IMG/VR virus record: IMGVR_UViG_3300025390_000008
Reading direction: 5' to 3' (one strand)
Source of the DNA: an uncultured virus (IMG/VR IMGVR_UViG_3300025390_000008)
Lineage: Duplodnaviria; Heunggongvirae; Uroviricota; Caudoviricetes
Length of the DNA: 64,000 bases
The notes beneath the pieces were generated by a model. The model was given only the letters and a program-made list of their open reading frames with translations. It was not told the origin of the DNA and searched no databases. Both the position numbers and the translations under genes were made by a program. Below are positions 33,818 through 43,546 of this stretch, piece after piece; within the stretch, counting starts at the first letter, position 1, and the number at the start of each line of letters is the position of its first letter.

Positions 33818-35933
33818 CTACACTTCTCTACTGGCCTTAATTCAGCCGGTAGATGGAACAGAAGTTTCGGTTTGGGGCGATGATGTAAACAACGGCGTTT
33901 CGTCTATTCTGGATGTTGCTGTTGCCGGTACACAGAACATTACGACCGATGCCAACGTCACGCTGACCATCACACAGGCGACCAGCTCGGGCACTAACCT
34001 TTCCGGCACTTCAGCCCAATACGCCATTCTCCTGCTGTCCGGCGCACGCACTGCAACACGCACGATTACTCTGCCCGCTTCGAGCAAGACCTATACGGTC
34101 ATGAACAGCACCACTGGCGGCTACGCCCAGACGGTTGGTGGCTTGACTATTGCAGTCGGTGAAGTGGCTAAGATCGTTTACAACATCTCGACCTCGGCTT
34201 GGGTTAAGGCGTCTACGTTCAGCGGTGCGGGTACGTTCTCGACTGTTACGGCTACTGCAGCTACCACTGCTTCGTCCAACCTCGGTGCGTACAACTACGG
34301 CACGTTGAATTTCAGCGACACGGGCATCGTTCAATCTGCTCAGACTAGCGTTAACAGCTACTTCCAGAACGTCATCCAAAATACCAGCAACGGTACTGCG
34401 GCATCTGCTGAGTTTATTGCATATAACGACCAAGGCACGGCCACAACCAACTACGCTACGGTTGGTATCAACTCAAGCGGTTATAGCGGCACAGGCTCAA
34501 TCAATGCGCCCGGTTATGGTTACTTCTTAACTGCCTCTACGGACTTGGTGCTGGGTACGATTGGCGCTAACGGTATTCACTTTACGACAAACAGTTCTGC
34601 TACGGATGCGCTGGCTATCAGTTCTGCTGGTGCGGTGTCTTTACCGGGCGGCACAGCCAACGGTGTAGCCTATTTGAACGGCTCTAAGGTGCTGACTACG
34701 GGTTCTGCGCTGACGTTTGATGGGACAAACTTAGGTTTAAGTTCGGGGAATATTTTTGTCCCCACGACTTCGGGCGTTTTCTTTTCTTCGCCCGGAACCT
34801 TTGTGAATGGCGTATACGGTGTAGGAACCAATAACGTAGCATTTAATGCCAACGGCTCCGAACAAATGCGCCTGACCAGCACAGGTCTGGGTATTGGGAC
34901 AAGTTCGCCTTCTTATAAGCTGGATGTAAATGGTTCTGGCAACATTATTCGAGCCATAAATTCATCAACAAGCTCTGCTTTTATACTCTCTACCAACTCA
35001 GGGGCAAGTAGTATTCTTGTCATGGGTAATGAGTCAACGACTGCGGGGTCGTCTGCAACAGGCTCTGCCTCTTACGCAGGTCTTTTGTTTACTACTGGAT
35101 CAAAGCCGTTACAGTTTGGAACGAATAGCACTATTCAGGCAACCCTCGATACATCCGGCAACCTAGGACTAGGGGTTACGCCTAGTGCTTGGAGTGCGTA
35201 CAAAGCGATTCAAGTTAACACAGGCTTAACGGCATATAGCAGCGGTACTGGGGGCGATAGCGGCTTAACACACAACGCATATTATAACGGTGCAAATTGG
35301 ATATACATTGGAACTGGTTATGCCACACAGTACGATATGTACCTAGGCGCACATCGTTGGTATTCTGCTGGCTCTGGTTCTGCTGGCGGAACCATCTCCT
35401 TTACCCAAGCAATGACGCTGGATAACAGCGGGAATTTGTTGGTGGGAGCTACGAGTGCTTTTAATACATCTCGTGCAACTTTTACATCTCAAGCTAATAA
35501 TACTATTGCGGCAGTTCAAGGAACCGCTGGTGGATACTGTTTTGTTTCAAGCGCTTTATCAAATGGCGGTACGTATTATCATTGCTCTTTTACTGAGAAC
35601 GGAACTCAACGTGGTTCTATTACTTCAAACGGGTCAGTAACTGCTTACAACATTACTTCTGACCAACGCCTAAAAGAAAACATCGTTGACGCTGATACAG
35701 CCTCAAATTTGATAGATGCTTTACAAGTACGCCAGTTTGATTGGAAATCAGACGGTTCACATCAGCGTTATGGTTTTGTGGCTCAAGAACTTGTGGCCGT
35801 GGCTCCAGAGGCCGTACACCAACCAGCAGACCCAGAAGAAATGATGGCTGTGGACTACTCCAAACTTGTCCCCATGCTGGTTAAAGAAATCCAATCCCTC
35901 CGTGCCCGCCTCAAAGCGGCAAACATTGCTTAA
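33807..35933 (+). CDS. tail fibre/spike with C-terminal intramolecular chaperone (peptidase S74)
   Basis: GLGIGTSSP, GNLLVG repeats; TSDQRLKENI..GFVAQEL..VDYSKLVPML. Confidence 0.85.
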   Translation: MAINYTSLLALIQPVDGTEVSVWGDDVNNGVSSILDVAVAGTQNITTDANVTLTITQATSSGTNLSGTSAQYAILLLSGARTATRTITLPASSKTYTVMNSTTGGYAQTVGGLTIAVGEVAKIVYNISTSAWVKASTFSGAGTFSTVTATAATTASSNLGAYNYGTLNFSDTGIVQSAQTSVNSYFQNVIQNTSNGTAASAEFIAYNDQGTATTNYATVGINSSGYSGTGSINAPGYGYFLTASTDLVLGTIGANGIHFTTNSSATDALAISSAGAVSLPGGTANGVAYLNGSKVLTTGSALTFDGTNLGLSSGNIFVPTTSGVFFSSPGTFVNGVYGVGTNNVAFNANGSEQMRLTSTGLGIGTSSPSYKLDVNGSGNIIRAINSSTSSAFILSTNSGASSILVMGNESTTAGSSATGSASYAGLLFTTGSKPLQFGTNSTIQATLDTSGNLGLGVTPSAWSAYKAIQVNTGLTAYSSGTGGDSGLTHNAYYNGANWIYIGTGYATQYDMYLGAHRWYSAGSGSAGGTISFTQAMTLDNSGNLLVGATSAFNTSRATFTSQANNTIAAVQGTAGGYCFVSSALSNGGTYYHCSFTENGTQRGSITSNGSVTAYNITSDQRLKENIVDADTASNLIDALQVRQFDWKSDGSHQRYGFVAQELVAVAPEAVHQPADPEEMMAVDYSKLVPMLVKEIQSLRARLKAANIA

Positions 35934-35952
35934 TCAACTGAAAGGCTAAACC

Positions 35953-36594
35953 ATGTCAGCGGCAGACCCCCAAGGAAAACGTGCAATCGCCAAGCAAAAC
36001 GGCGATAAGACGTACTTTACGGGTGTGCCCTGCAAACGTGGTCACTTGGCTCCTCGCTATACGTCTATGGGGATTTGCGTAACTTGTAAACAAGAAACTT
36101 TTGCAAGAAGGTATGTCAAAGACAGAGAGAAAGTGTTAGCAGAAGGTCGAGCATGGAAAGATGCCAACGCAGAACGTATGATGGAATACGCTAAAAAGTA
36201 CCGTCAAGACAACATTGAAAGAATTAGAGCAAGAGACCGAAAAGATGGTCAAGAAAATCGAGCGTACTACACCAGCATGGAACGCAAGCGGCAAGCAAAC
36301 AAACTGCAAGCAACGCCCAAATGGTTGACGCAAGATGATTGGCAATACATTCATTCTGTTTACTTAACCGCCAAAAAAATACAAGAACAGTCCGGTATGA
36401 AAATGGCGGTTGACCACATAGTCCCATTGCAGGGGAAAACGGTTTCCGGCTTGCACGTTCCTTGGAATTTGCGGGTCATTAGTTGTAGTGAAAATTCTCG
36501 CAAACACGCCGCATTAAACGATGATGCGTATTTGCCTAAACAAATAGGTGTAATGGTCGGGCAGTCCGGCCTGCCTTGGAACTGGAGTATTTAA
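35953..36594 (+). CDS. HNH endonuclease
   Basis: YFTGVPCKRGH..CVTC; ATPKWL..VDHIVPLQG..GLHVPWNL..N..K. Confidence 0.88.
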   Translation: MSAADPQGKRAIAKQNGDKTYFTGVPCKRGHLAPRYTSMGICVTCKQETFARRYVKDREKVLAEGRAWKDANAERMMEYAKKYRQDNIERIRARDRKDGQENRAYYTSMERKRQANKLQATPKWLTQDDWQYIHSVYLTAKKIQEQSGMKMAVDHIVPLQGKTVSGLHVPWNLRVISCSENSRKHAALNDDAYLPKQIGVMVGQSGLPWNWSI

Positions 36595-36595
36595 C

Positions 36596-36943
36596 ATGAG
36601 CGCACAAATAACTTGGGTTACTGATTGGTTGAAAACCTCTACTACCGAAATTAACGGCTTCACCTCTGTGGTGGTCACTTGCGGCTGGCGTGCTACCGGC
36701 ACAGAAACCGCTAACGGCAAGGAATACAGCAACTCTATATACGGCACTTGCACATTTACAGAACCCCCTGCTGGCGACCCTAACTTTGTGCCTTTTGCCA
36801 ACCTGACGCAAGATATTGTGAACGGCTGGGTGTGGGGTTCTGGCGTGAACCAAGAAGCTACTGAGGCTGCTATTAACGCAAACTTGGCTGCTCAGATTAC
36901 ACCCGCCACTACGCAACCACCCTTGCCTTGGGTTCAGTCGTAA
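36596..36943 (+). CDS. probable tail fibre assembly protein
   Basis: FVPFANLTQDIVNGWV..PLPW; follows the tail fibre. Confidence 0.6.
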   Translation: MSAQITWVTDWLKTSTTEINGFTSVVVTCGWRATGTETANGKEYSNSIYGTCTFTEPPAGDPNFVPFANLTQDIVNGWVWGSGVNQEATEAAINANLAAQITPATTQPPLPWVQS

Positions 36944-37020
36944 TTCTGTAGCCTACTCGGGCTACAATAAATATGGGGTTACACGGCTGCCCCCTCTCAG
37001 CCGCTGCGATTAGGAAAATT

Positions 37021-37242
37021 ATGTTTGACTTTACTCACACTGAACAAGAGTTGCGTTTGATTTTGGCTGGCTTGGAAGAGCTGCCCCATAAAATCTCCCG
37101 TGCTCTGATTGATAAGTTGGTTAATGGCGCTGTTGCTCAACAACCTGCTGCTCCTACAGGAGATGTGGCCGCTAATATGGACGCTGCTCCCAGTGCTGAT
37201 ACCAGCGCTGGCGATGTTGCTTCTACTGCGACTTCATCTTAA
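37021..37242 (+). CDS. hypothetical protein
   Basis: LILAGLEELPHKISRALIDKL. Confidence 0.6.
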   Translation: MFDFTHTEQELRLILAGLEELPHKISRALIDKLVNGAVAQQPAAPTGDVAANMDAAPSADTSAGDVASTATSS

Positions 37243-37307
37243 CCCGGTGGTTAGGCTCTTACTGAGCCTGCCATTGTTGTACATGATGACTCACCAATGG
37301 TATTAGT

Positions 37308-37826
37308 ATGATCGACCCAGTAAGCATAGGCCTAGCCCTGACGGGCATACAAAAAGCAGTTAAGCTGGTCAAACAAGCCAGCCAGACTGTAGATGATGTC
37401 GCGTCTCTAGGCCCGGTACTGGGTCGATATTTCACTGCCAAAGACGTTGCAGTCAAGGCCGTTACCGAGGCCAAAAAATCCGGTAATGCTTCCAACATGG
37501 GTGCGGCCATTGAGATCGAGATGGCGCTGGAACAAACCCGCCAATTTGAAGCCGAGCTGCAGATGCTATTCATGCAGGCCGGTAAGATCGACGTTTGGAA
37601 CAAGATCAAGCAACGCGCAGGTGAGATGGACAAGGCCGACAAGTTCGCAGCCCAAGCTGCCGAAGACCGCGCCAAGGCCCAAAAGAAAGAGCAAGAAGAG
37701 TTTTTCCTAGCCGCCCTCATCGTCGTGCTGGTGGTTGTATTGGGTGTTGTTGGGTATTATTTTGTTCAGGAAGCTGTGGACTATGCAAAAACTAATAGCC
37801 GCCCTGCTCATCATCGCAAGTCTTAA
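37308..37826 (+). CDS. membrane-anchored protein
   Basis: MIDPVSI..; C-terminal TM helix. Confidence 0.7.
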   Translation: MIDPVSIGLALTGIQKAVKLVKQASQTVDDVASLGPVLGRYFTAKDVAVKAVTEAKKSGNASNMGAAIEIEMALEQTRQFEAELQMLFMQAGKIDVWNKIKQRAGEMDKADKFAAQAAEDRAKAQKKEQEEFFLAALIVVLVVVLGVVGYYFVQEAVDYAKTNSRPAHHRKS

Positions 37827-38001
37827 TTTGGGTGGATGCTATGAGCGAACCAGATACGCCTGTCAAGAACCCAGAAACTTTGCAGCCGCGCAATGCCAAC
37901 GGCCAGTTTGCGCCTTCAGCCAGACGTGCCCGGAATACCTCGTTGCACCTGTCAACGAAAAATATGTTCAACCGCCCCCGCCTGACGCCGGAAGAAATTA
38001 A
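37783..38001 (+). CDS. Cys-rich predicted lipoprotein
   Basis: MQKLIAALLIIASLNLGGC lipobox-like; RYACQEP..CQRPVC..TCP. Confidence 0.6.
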   Translation: MQKLIAALLIIASLNLGGCYERTRYACQEPRNFAAAQCQRPVCAFSQTCPEYLVAPVNEKYVQPPPPDAGRN

Positions 38002-38257
38002 AATCCGCATTTGGGCCGTTGTGGTCTTAATGATCGTCTTTGTGTTTGTCGGCATTACCAGCATGATGCTGTATTCGCTAACCTTTGTTGAGCAGCCCAT
38101 GAAGGCAATGGCTCCGATCGACCAAGCCTATACCAAGATGCTAAACGACATTGTGCTGCTGATCGTAGGCGCTATTGGCGGTATAGCTTCTGAAAAAGGC
38201 TTGGGCATGGTCACTACTGCTATTAACCAGAACCATGATGCACAGGAGCCCAAATGA
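37964..38257 (+). CDS. two-TM membrane protein (holin candidate)
   Basis: two hydrophobic helices; in lysis cluster. Confidence 0.55.
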   Translation: MFNRPRLTPEEIKIRIWAVVVLMIVFVFVGITSMMLYSLTFVEQPMKAMAPIDQAYTKMLNDIVLLIVGAIGGIASEKGLGMVTTAINQNHDAQEPK

Positions 38258-38718
38258 TACTTAACCCCTACTTCTGGGTCGCCATTGTCATGAGCTGGGT
38301 GGTTGTGGCCGTGTCGGTCTACGAGCATGAGCAAACTGAATTTGATAAAGAACGTGCAGTAGCCCAAGCTGCACTGGACGCCGCCAACAAACATTCGCAG
38401 GAGATCACCGATGAACGAAACAAAACAGTTGCCTACATTTCTCGCAGTCTGGCCGACACGCAAACAAAAGCTGCTGCGGCTTCTAAAGCTCTCGACGATA
38501 AGCTGGCCTCTGGTTCTATGCAGCTGCACATCGCTGGTTCCTGTGGTAGCCCAGTGCCCGGTAATTCCTCCACTCCCAGCAGCGATAACGCCGGAACCTG
38601 CAACATTGACCCAAGAGCTGCTCAAACTCTTGTCTCCCTTACAGAACGAGGCGATGCCGCCATCGAAAAACTGAACGCCTGCATAGCAGCCTATAACTCA
38701 CTTTTGGAGAAGCAATGA
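38254..38718 (+). CDS. Rz-like spanin
   Basis: N-terminal TM, coiled coil, GDAAIEKLNACIAAY. Confidence 0.65.
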   Translation: MILNPYFWVAIVMSWVVVAVSVYEHEQTEFDKERAVAQAALDAANKHSQEITDERNKTVAYISRSLADTQTKAAAASKALDDKLASGSMQLHIAGSCGSPVPGNSSTPSSDNAGTCNIDPRAAQTLVSLTERGDAAIEKLNACIAAYNSLLEKQ

Positions 38719-39311
38719 ACGTAGAACAACTTCACGAACTTGGTATTGACGCCAAATGGTTTGACCCCCTGCTGGAGACCTTTGCTCGGTTTGATATCAA
38801 CACGCCGTTGCGCCAAGCTGCGTTCATGGGTCAGTGCCAACATGAGTCGGGCAACTTTAAGACGCTGCAAGAGAACCTGAACTACAAGCCCGAAGCGCTG
38901 ATGCGTGTGTGGCCCAGCCGGTTCCCCGACATGGAAACTGCACTTGAGTACGCTCATAACCCTGAGAAGATCGCCAACAAGGTTTACGCCGGTCGCATGG
39001 GCAACGGCGACGAAGAGTCTGGTGATGGATGGTTGTACCACGGACGCGGTCTCATCCAGTTGACTGGCAAGGACAACTATGCTTTGTGCGGCGACTCTCT
39101 GATGTTGGATTTGCTGCGCGATCCTGACATTCTCTTGACTCCCCAAGGCGCGGCCTTATCCGCAGGCTGGTTCTGGCGCAAACACGGCTTAAATGAAGTT
39201 GCCGATGCAAAAGAATACGTACTGATGACAAAACGCATCAATGGTGGTAACCTTGGGTATGACGACCGCGTTGCTAAAATGGACACTGCGCTCGGTGTAC
39301 TGACAGCCTAA
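38715..39311 (+). CDS. GH19 (chitinase-like) endolysin
   Basis: AAFMGQCQHESG..ENLNY..GRGLIQLTGKDNY..TKRINGG. Confidence 0.92.
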   Translation: MNVEQLHELGIDAKWFDPLLETFARFDINTPLRQAAFMGQCQHESGNFKTLQENLNYKPEALMRVWPSRFPDMETALEYAHNPEKIANKVYAGRMGNGDEESGDGWLYHGRGLIQLTGKDNYALCGDSLMLDLLRDPDILLTPQGAALSAGWFWRKHGLNEVADAKEYVLMTKRINGGNLGYDDRVAKMDTALGVLTA

Positions 39312-39320
39312 AAAAGCACT

Positions 39321-41318
39321 ATGGCCCTAATTAAGCTCCAATTCTCACCGGGTATCAATAAAGAAATCACGACGCTCGGTGGTAAGGGGGGCTGGTTTGC
39401 GTGCAACAACGTGCGCTTTCGCTTTGGCGTTGCTGAAAAACTAGGTGGCTGGACAGCGGACAATGGGGTAACTTCCTCTACGCTAAAACCCACAACGGGC
39501 AGCTACTGGGGTATTGCTAAGTCTCTTTTCAGCTGGGCCAGCCTTTCTGGGTTTAACCTGATGGGCATTGGTACTAACGTCAAGTACTACATCCAGAACG
39601 GCAACGGCGGCATGTTTTATGACGTAACGCCTATTACTACGACCACCTCGGCGGGGGCAATTACTTTTTCTGCTTCTAACGGCTCGACAACCCTTACTGT
39701 TAATAGTTCCACTGCGCTGACGATTACAGCGAACACATTTGTGACTTTCAGTGGTGCAGCCAGTCTGGGTGGTAATATTACCAGCACGATCCTGAACGCT
39801 GAGTTCCAGATCACCAAAGTCGTTAGTAATACGCAGTTCCAGGTAGTCATGTCTGTTGCTGCGAATTCCAGCGATACAGGCACGGGCGGCAGTTCAACGG
39901 TTGGTGCTTTCCAATTAAACGCTGGGCCGACTCAGTATTCGGTCGGTGTGGGTTGGGGCGCTGGTGGTTGGGGCGGCAGTACTCCGGGCTTTGCGTCTAC
40001 CGGCTGGGGTCAGTCTACGGGCGGCTATCAACTGCGCTTGTGGAGCCAGTCTAACTACGGTGAAAACTTGGTCATGAACCCCCGTGGCGGGGCTCTGTAC
40101 TACTGGGTGACCTCCTCGTCGCCCTCAAGCTTCTACCGTGCACAAGTTCTTTCAAACAGCAATACCAACTATTTCAATGGCGATGCAGGGAACGCGCAGT
40201 ATTGGAAAACAGATACTGCCTGCCCGACCATTGCTAACTTTGTGCTTGTTTCTGACCAGTCTCGGTTTGTGATTGCGTTTGGCACAGATAACAACGGCAA
40301 CGGCACTCAAGACCCCATGCTGGTCTCTTGGTCAGACCAGTCAGATATCTTGACGTGGACACCTCAATCAGGCAACCAAGCCGGTAACTACCGCCTCTCT
40401 CAAGGCTCTTCAATCATTACAGCCGTTCAAGCCCGCCAAGAAATTTTGGTGTGGTCGGATACCTCGCTGTATTCCATGCAGTACCTTGGGCCACCGTATG
40501 TGTGGGGCTTCCAGATCATGGGCTCCAACGTGTCCATCGTCTCGCCTAACGCTCGGGTGGTGGCAAACAACAACGTCTACTGGATGGGTGTTGACAAGTT
40601 CTACATGTATAACGGTACGGTTCAAACGCTGCCGAGTACCTTGCGTAAATACGTGTTTGAAAATATCAACATGCAGCAAGCGTTCCAGATTTTTGCGGGC
40701 TCCAATGAGGGCTTCAGTGAAGTTTGGTGGTACTACTGCTCGGCAAACTCAAACACCATCGACAGCTATGTGATCTACAACTACGTGGATAACACTTGGG
40801 CCTACGGCTCGATGGCTCGTACGGCATGGACTTACAGCCCCCTGCGCGGCCTGCCAGTGGCAACGGGATATAGCAACGGCGGCAGCACCAGTGGTAACCT
40901 GATTTATCACGAATCTGGAGTGGATGATGGCACAACTAACCCCGCTTCTCCTATCAATGCTTACATCCAATCATCCGACTTCGATATTGGTGATGGTGAC
41001 AAGTATGGGTTTGCTTGGCGCATGATTCCTGACGTATCGTTTGATGGCTCAAACGTGAATGATCCGTCCATGTATATGACGCTGCTGCCTCGTCAAAACC
41101 CCGGCGCTGCTTACAGCACCACTATTTACCCAACGGTTGCCAGCACCCAAGACTACACAGCCGCGCCTTTTTACGGCACACAGCAGTTCACCCAACAGAT
41201 CAACATTCGGGTGCGCGGTCGTCAGATTGCGGCGGTGTTCGGTTCCAACACGCTGGGCACGCAGTGGCAATTAGGAGTTGCCAGAATGGATGTGCGTCTT
41301 GATGGCCGCCGAAGCTAG
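39321..41318 (+). CDS. tail nozzle / tubular protein B-like
   Basis: 665 aa beta-propeller-like; WSDQ, EVWWYY, SSDFDIGDG, RVRGRQ. Confidence 0.7.
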   Translation: MALIKLQFSPGINKEITTLGGKGGWFACNNVRFRFGVAEKLGGWTADNGVTSSTLKPTTGSYWGIAKSLFSWASLSGFNLMGIGTNVKYYIQNGNGGMFYDVTPITTTTSAGAITFSASNGSTTLTVNSSTALTITANTFVTFSGAASLGGNITSTILNAEFQITKVVSNTQFQVVMSVAANSSDTGTGGSSTVGAFQLNAGPTQYSVGVGWGAGGWGGSTPGFASTGWGQSTGGYQLRLWSQSNYGENLVMNPRGGALYYWVTSSSPSSFYRAQVLSNSNTNYFNGDAGNAQYWKTDTACPTIANFVLVSDQSRFVIAFGTDNNGNGTQDPMLVSWSDQSDILTWTPQSGNQAGNYRLSQGSSIITAVQARQEILVWSDTSLYSMQYLGPPYVWGFQIMGSNVSIVSPNARVVANNNVYWMGVDKFYMYNGTVQTLPSTLRKYVFENINMQQAFQIFAGSNEGFSEVWWYYCSANSNTIDSYVIYNYVDNTWAYGSMARTAWTYSPLRGLPVATGYSNGGSTSGNLIYHESGVDDGTTNPASPINAYIQSSDFDIGDGDKYGFAWRMIPDVSFDGSNVNDPSMYMTLLPRQNPGAAYSTTIYPTVASTQDYTAAPFYGTQQFTQQINIRVRGRQIAAVFGSNTLGTQWQLGVARMDVRLDGRRS

Positions 41319-41326
41319 GAGTAAAA

Positions 41327-41641
41327 ATGGCAAATGCAAACGTAACGCAGCCCCGACTGCAAAGTGCTCCCGCAGAATACGACCAAGCGTGGATGAACAA
41401 CTTGGTTAGCCAGTTGCGCTTGTACTTCACTCAGCTCGATAATGCTGGGCCGATGGTGGCGGCGTCGTCAAATATTGGCACAACCAGTGTAAAGTCTGGT
41501 TTAACCTTTTCCCATCCTGATCCGAGTAACCCAAATAAATTCGTTTCCAGCTTGCCAACGCAGGCGGATTTGTCTAACCTACGCAGTGGGGACGTTTACT
41601 ACGACACTTCTGCCAGCAACGTACTGAAGATCAAACCATGA
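41327..41641 (+). CDS. tail-associated small protein
   Basis: APAEYD..LRLYF..GDVYYD..LKIK. Confidence 0.7.
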   Translation: MANANVTQPRLQSAPAEYDQAWMNNLVSQLRLYFTQLDNAGPMVAASSNIGTTSVKSGLTFSHPDPSNPNKFVSSLPTQADLSNLRSGDVYYDTSASNVLKIKP

Positions 41642-43134
41642 GCTTACAAAACTTAGCCCGTCAAGTCGCCGCCCAGGGTCGCGGTAACGATACACAGCTT
41701 GTCCACATGTCCACCCAAGAGGTGGCTGGTCTTCAGGCTCTTGCAGCCCAACATGGTATGCGTCTGCCCCGCAATCCTCAGACTGGTCTGATTGAGGCTA
41801 ACTTCCTTGACTCAATTCTGCCTACTATTGCCGGTATTGGACTGATGGCATTTGCTCCAGAGGCAATGGGTGCTCTGGGCGGATTCTTTGGTGGCGGTGC
41901 TTCATTGGGCGCTGGTTTGGCTGTTGGCGCTGCTGATACCTTGGCCACCGGTAGCTTGAAGAAAGGTCTTGTAGCTGGTTTGGGCGCTTACGGTGGTAGT
42001 GAGATTGGTAACGCATTGTCTGCCGCTGCGCCGACAACGACTGCCATTTCTGCCGCTCCTACGGTGGGTGAATCTGCTGGTATGCAAAATGCCGGTGATG
42101 TGCTACGTGCGGCTCAGAATTCTGCTCTGGCATCTCCCGTGCCGACCACTATGGGTCCTATTCCCACTGGTATGCAAAGTGCTGACGAAGTATATAGAGC
42201 GGCTCAGGGCATTCCTAGCGTTACAGCAACTTCGTCAACAGGTTTGCAAAATGCCGGTGATGTGTTGCGTGCTGCACAGGGTTATCCAAACGTAGTGGCT
42301 CAAGCTGTTCCGAACGTGGCGGAAGTTTCTCAGATTCCAATTACAGCAACCAGCTCTCAGCTTGAAACTGCCGCTCAGGCGCGTGATGCTTTGAGTCCGG
42401 CAACTTCGACTATTAGCAAAATGGGTCAAGGCCTTGGTAGCTTGGGAACCACAGAAGGTCGCTCGGCATTCATGGGTGCGCTTGGCAGCTCCGGTCCTTT
42501 TAGCACTCCTGGCTATAACCAGATGTTTGCCGCAGGGTCGGCATTGGCTCCATCTATCATGAACACGCCAACATACGCACCAAGCTCTGCTCAAACGAAT
42601 CTGCAGAATACTGTGCGCCCTTGGTCGTTTAGCCAGACGGCCAATCCTGCTGGCATGGGCACGACCTACATGCAGCCTTTGACTCAAACTTGGACTGCTG
42701 GCCAGCCTTACAACGCGATTACAGGTCAGCCTATGGCAGGTGGCGGTTTAACAGCCGGATCTACGCCTGGAGAAGGATTGCACCGTACTGTCAGCCAGAT
42801 GCGCGGCGTCGAGCGTCTGATGAAATATGCTGATGGTGGCATCTCTAACTTGGGCAGCTACTCTGATGGCGGCCAACTGTTGCGCGGTCCTGGCGACGGC
42901 GTGTCGGACAGTATCCCTGCCCAGATTGGTCAGCACCAGCCTGCACGTTTGGCTGAAGGCGAGTTTGTGGTTCCTGCCCGAATTGTTTCTGAACTTGGTA
43001 ATGGTTCCACCAACGCTGGCGCTAAGCAGCTCTACGCCATGATTGATCGAATCCAGAATGACCGTAGGCACACCTTGGGTAGCAAGCACGCTTACGCTAA
43101 TGATACTAAGGCTGCGAGAGCATTGCCCGCATGA
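41638..43134 (+). CDS. internal virion/ejection protein
   Basis: GRGNDTQLVHM..NPQTGL.EA; GPGDGVSDSIPA..LAEGEFVVPA. Confidence 0.7.
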   Translation: MSLQNLARQVAAQGRGNDTQLVHMSTQEVAGLQALAAQHGMRLPRNPQTGLIEANFLDSILPTIAGIGLMAFAPEAMGALGGFFGGGASLGAGLAVGAADTLATGSLKKGLVAGLGAYGGSEIGNALSAAAPTTTAISAAPTVGESAGMQNAGDVLRAAQNSALASPVPTTMGPIPTGMQSADEVYRAAQGIPSVTATSSTGLQNAGDVLRAAQGYPNVVAQAVPNVAEVSQIPITATSSQLETAAQARDALSPATSTISKMGQGLGSLGTTEGRSAFMGALGSSGPFSTPGYNQMFAAGSALAPSIMNTPTYAPSSAQTNLQNTVRPWSFSQTANPAGMGTTYMQPLTQTWTAGQPYNAITGQPMAGGGLTAGSTPGEGLHRTVSQMRGVERLMKYADGGISNLGSYSDGGQLLRGPGDGVSDSIPAQIGQHQPARLAEGEFVVPARIVSELGNGSTNAGAKQLYAMIDRIQNDRRHTLGSKHAYANDTKAARALPA

Positions 43135-43538
43135 AACTGCAGCATGTAGCGACTGATCTGGTCCATCAAGTATGGCCGTCAATTGTAGGGATGGTGGATA
43201 GGGCCAACGAGTTTGGCGGTGATGATTACACGACAGATCAGATTAAGGTCTATCTGGCGACGGGACAGTGGACTTTAGGCGTCTTTGTGGACGATGAAAA
43301 TGTGATTCGCGGTGCGGTCAGTTTATCGTTTATCAACTACCCCAATGACCGTGTTGCGTTCATTACGTTTATTGGTGGGAAGAATATTTTTACAGAAGAT
43401 CTGTCTGAGCAGCTGAAAGTATTTGCCAAGAATTTTGGTGCGACTAAACTACAGGGTGCGGTCAGAGATTCGGTGGCTAAGCTTGCAAAGCGGCTAGGCT
43501 ATTACAAACGGTATACGACCATTGAAATTAGGATTTGA
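43131..43538 (+). CDS. GNAT-like small protein
   Basis: 135 aa, AFITFIGG..GATKLQG..RLGY; position typical of podoviral acetyltransferase-like genes. Confidence 0.5.
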   Translation: MKLQHVATDLVHQVWPSIVGMVDRANEFGGDDYTTDQIKVYLATGQWTLGVFVDDENVIRGAVSLSFINYPNDRVAFITFIGGKNIFTEDLSEQLKVFAKNFGATKLQGAVRDSVAKLAKRLGYYKRYTTIEIRI

Positions 43539-43546
43539 GGTGAGTT

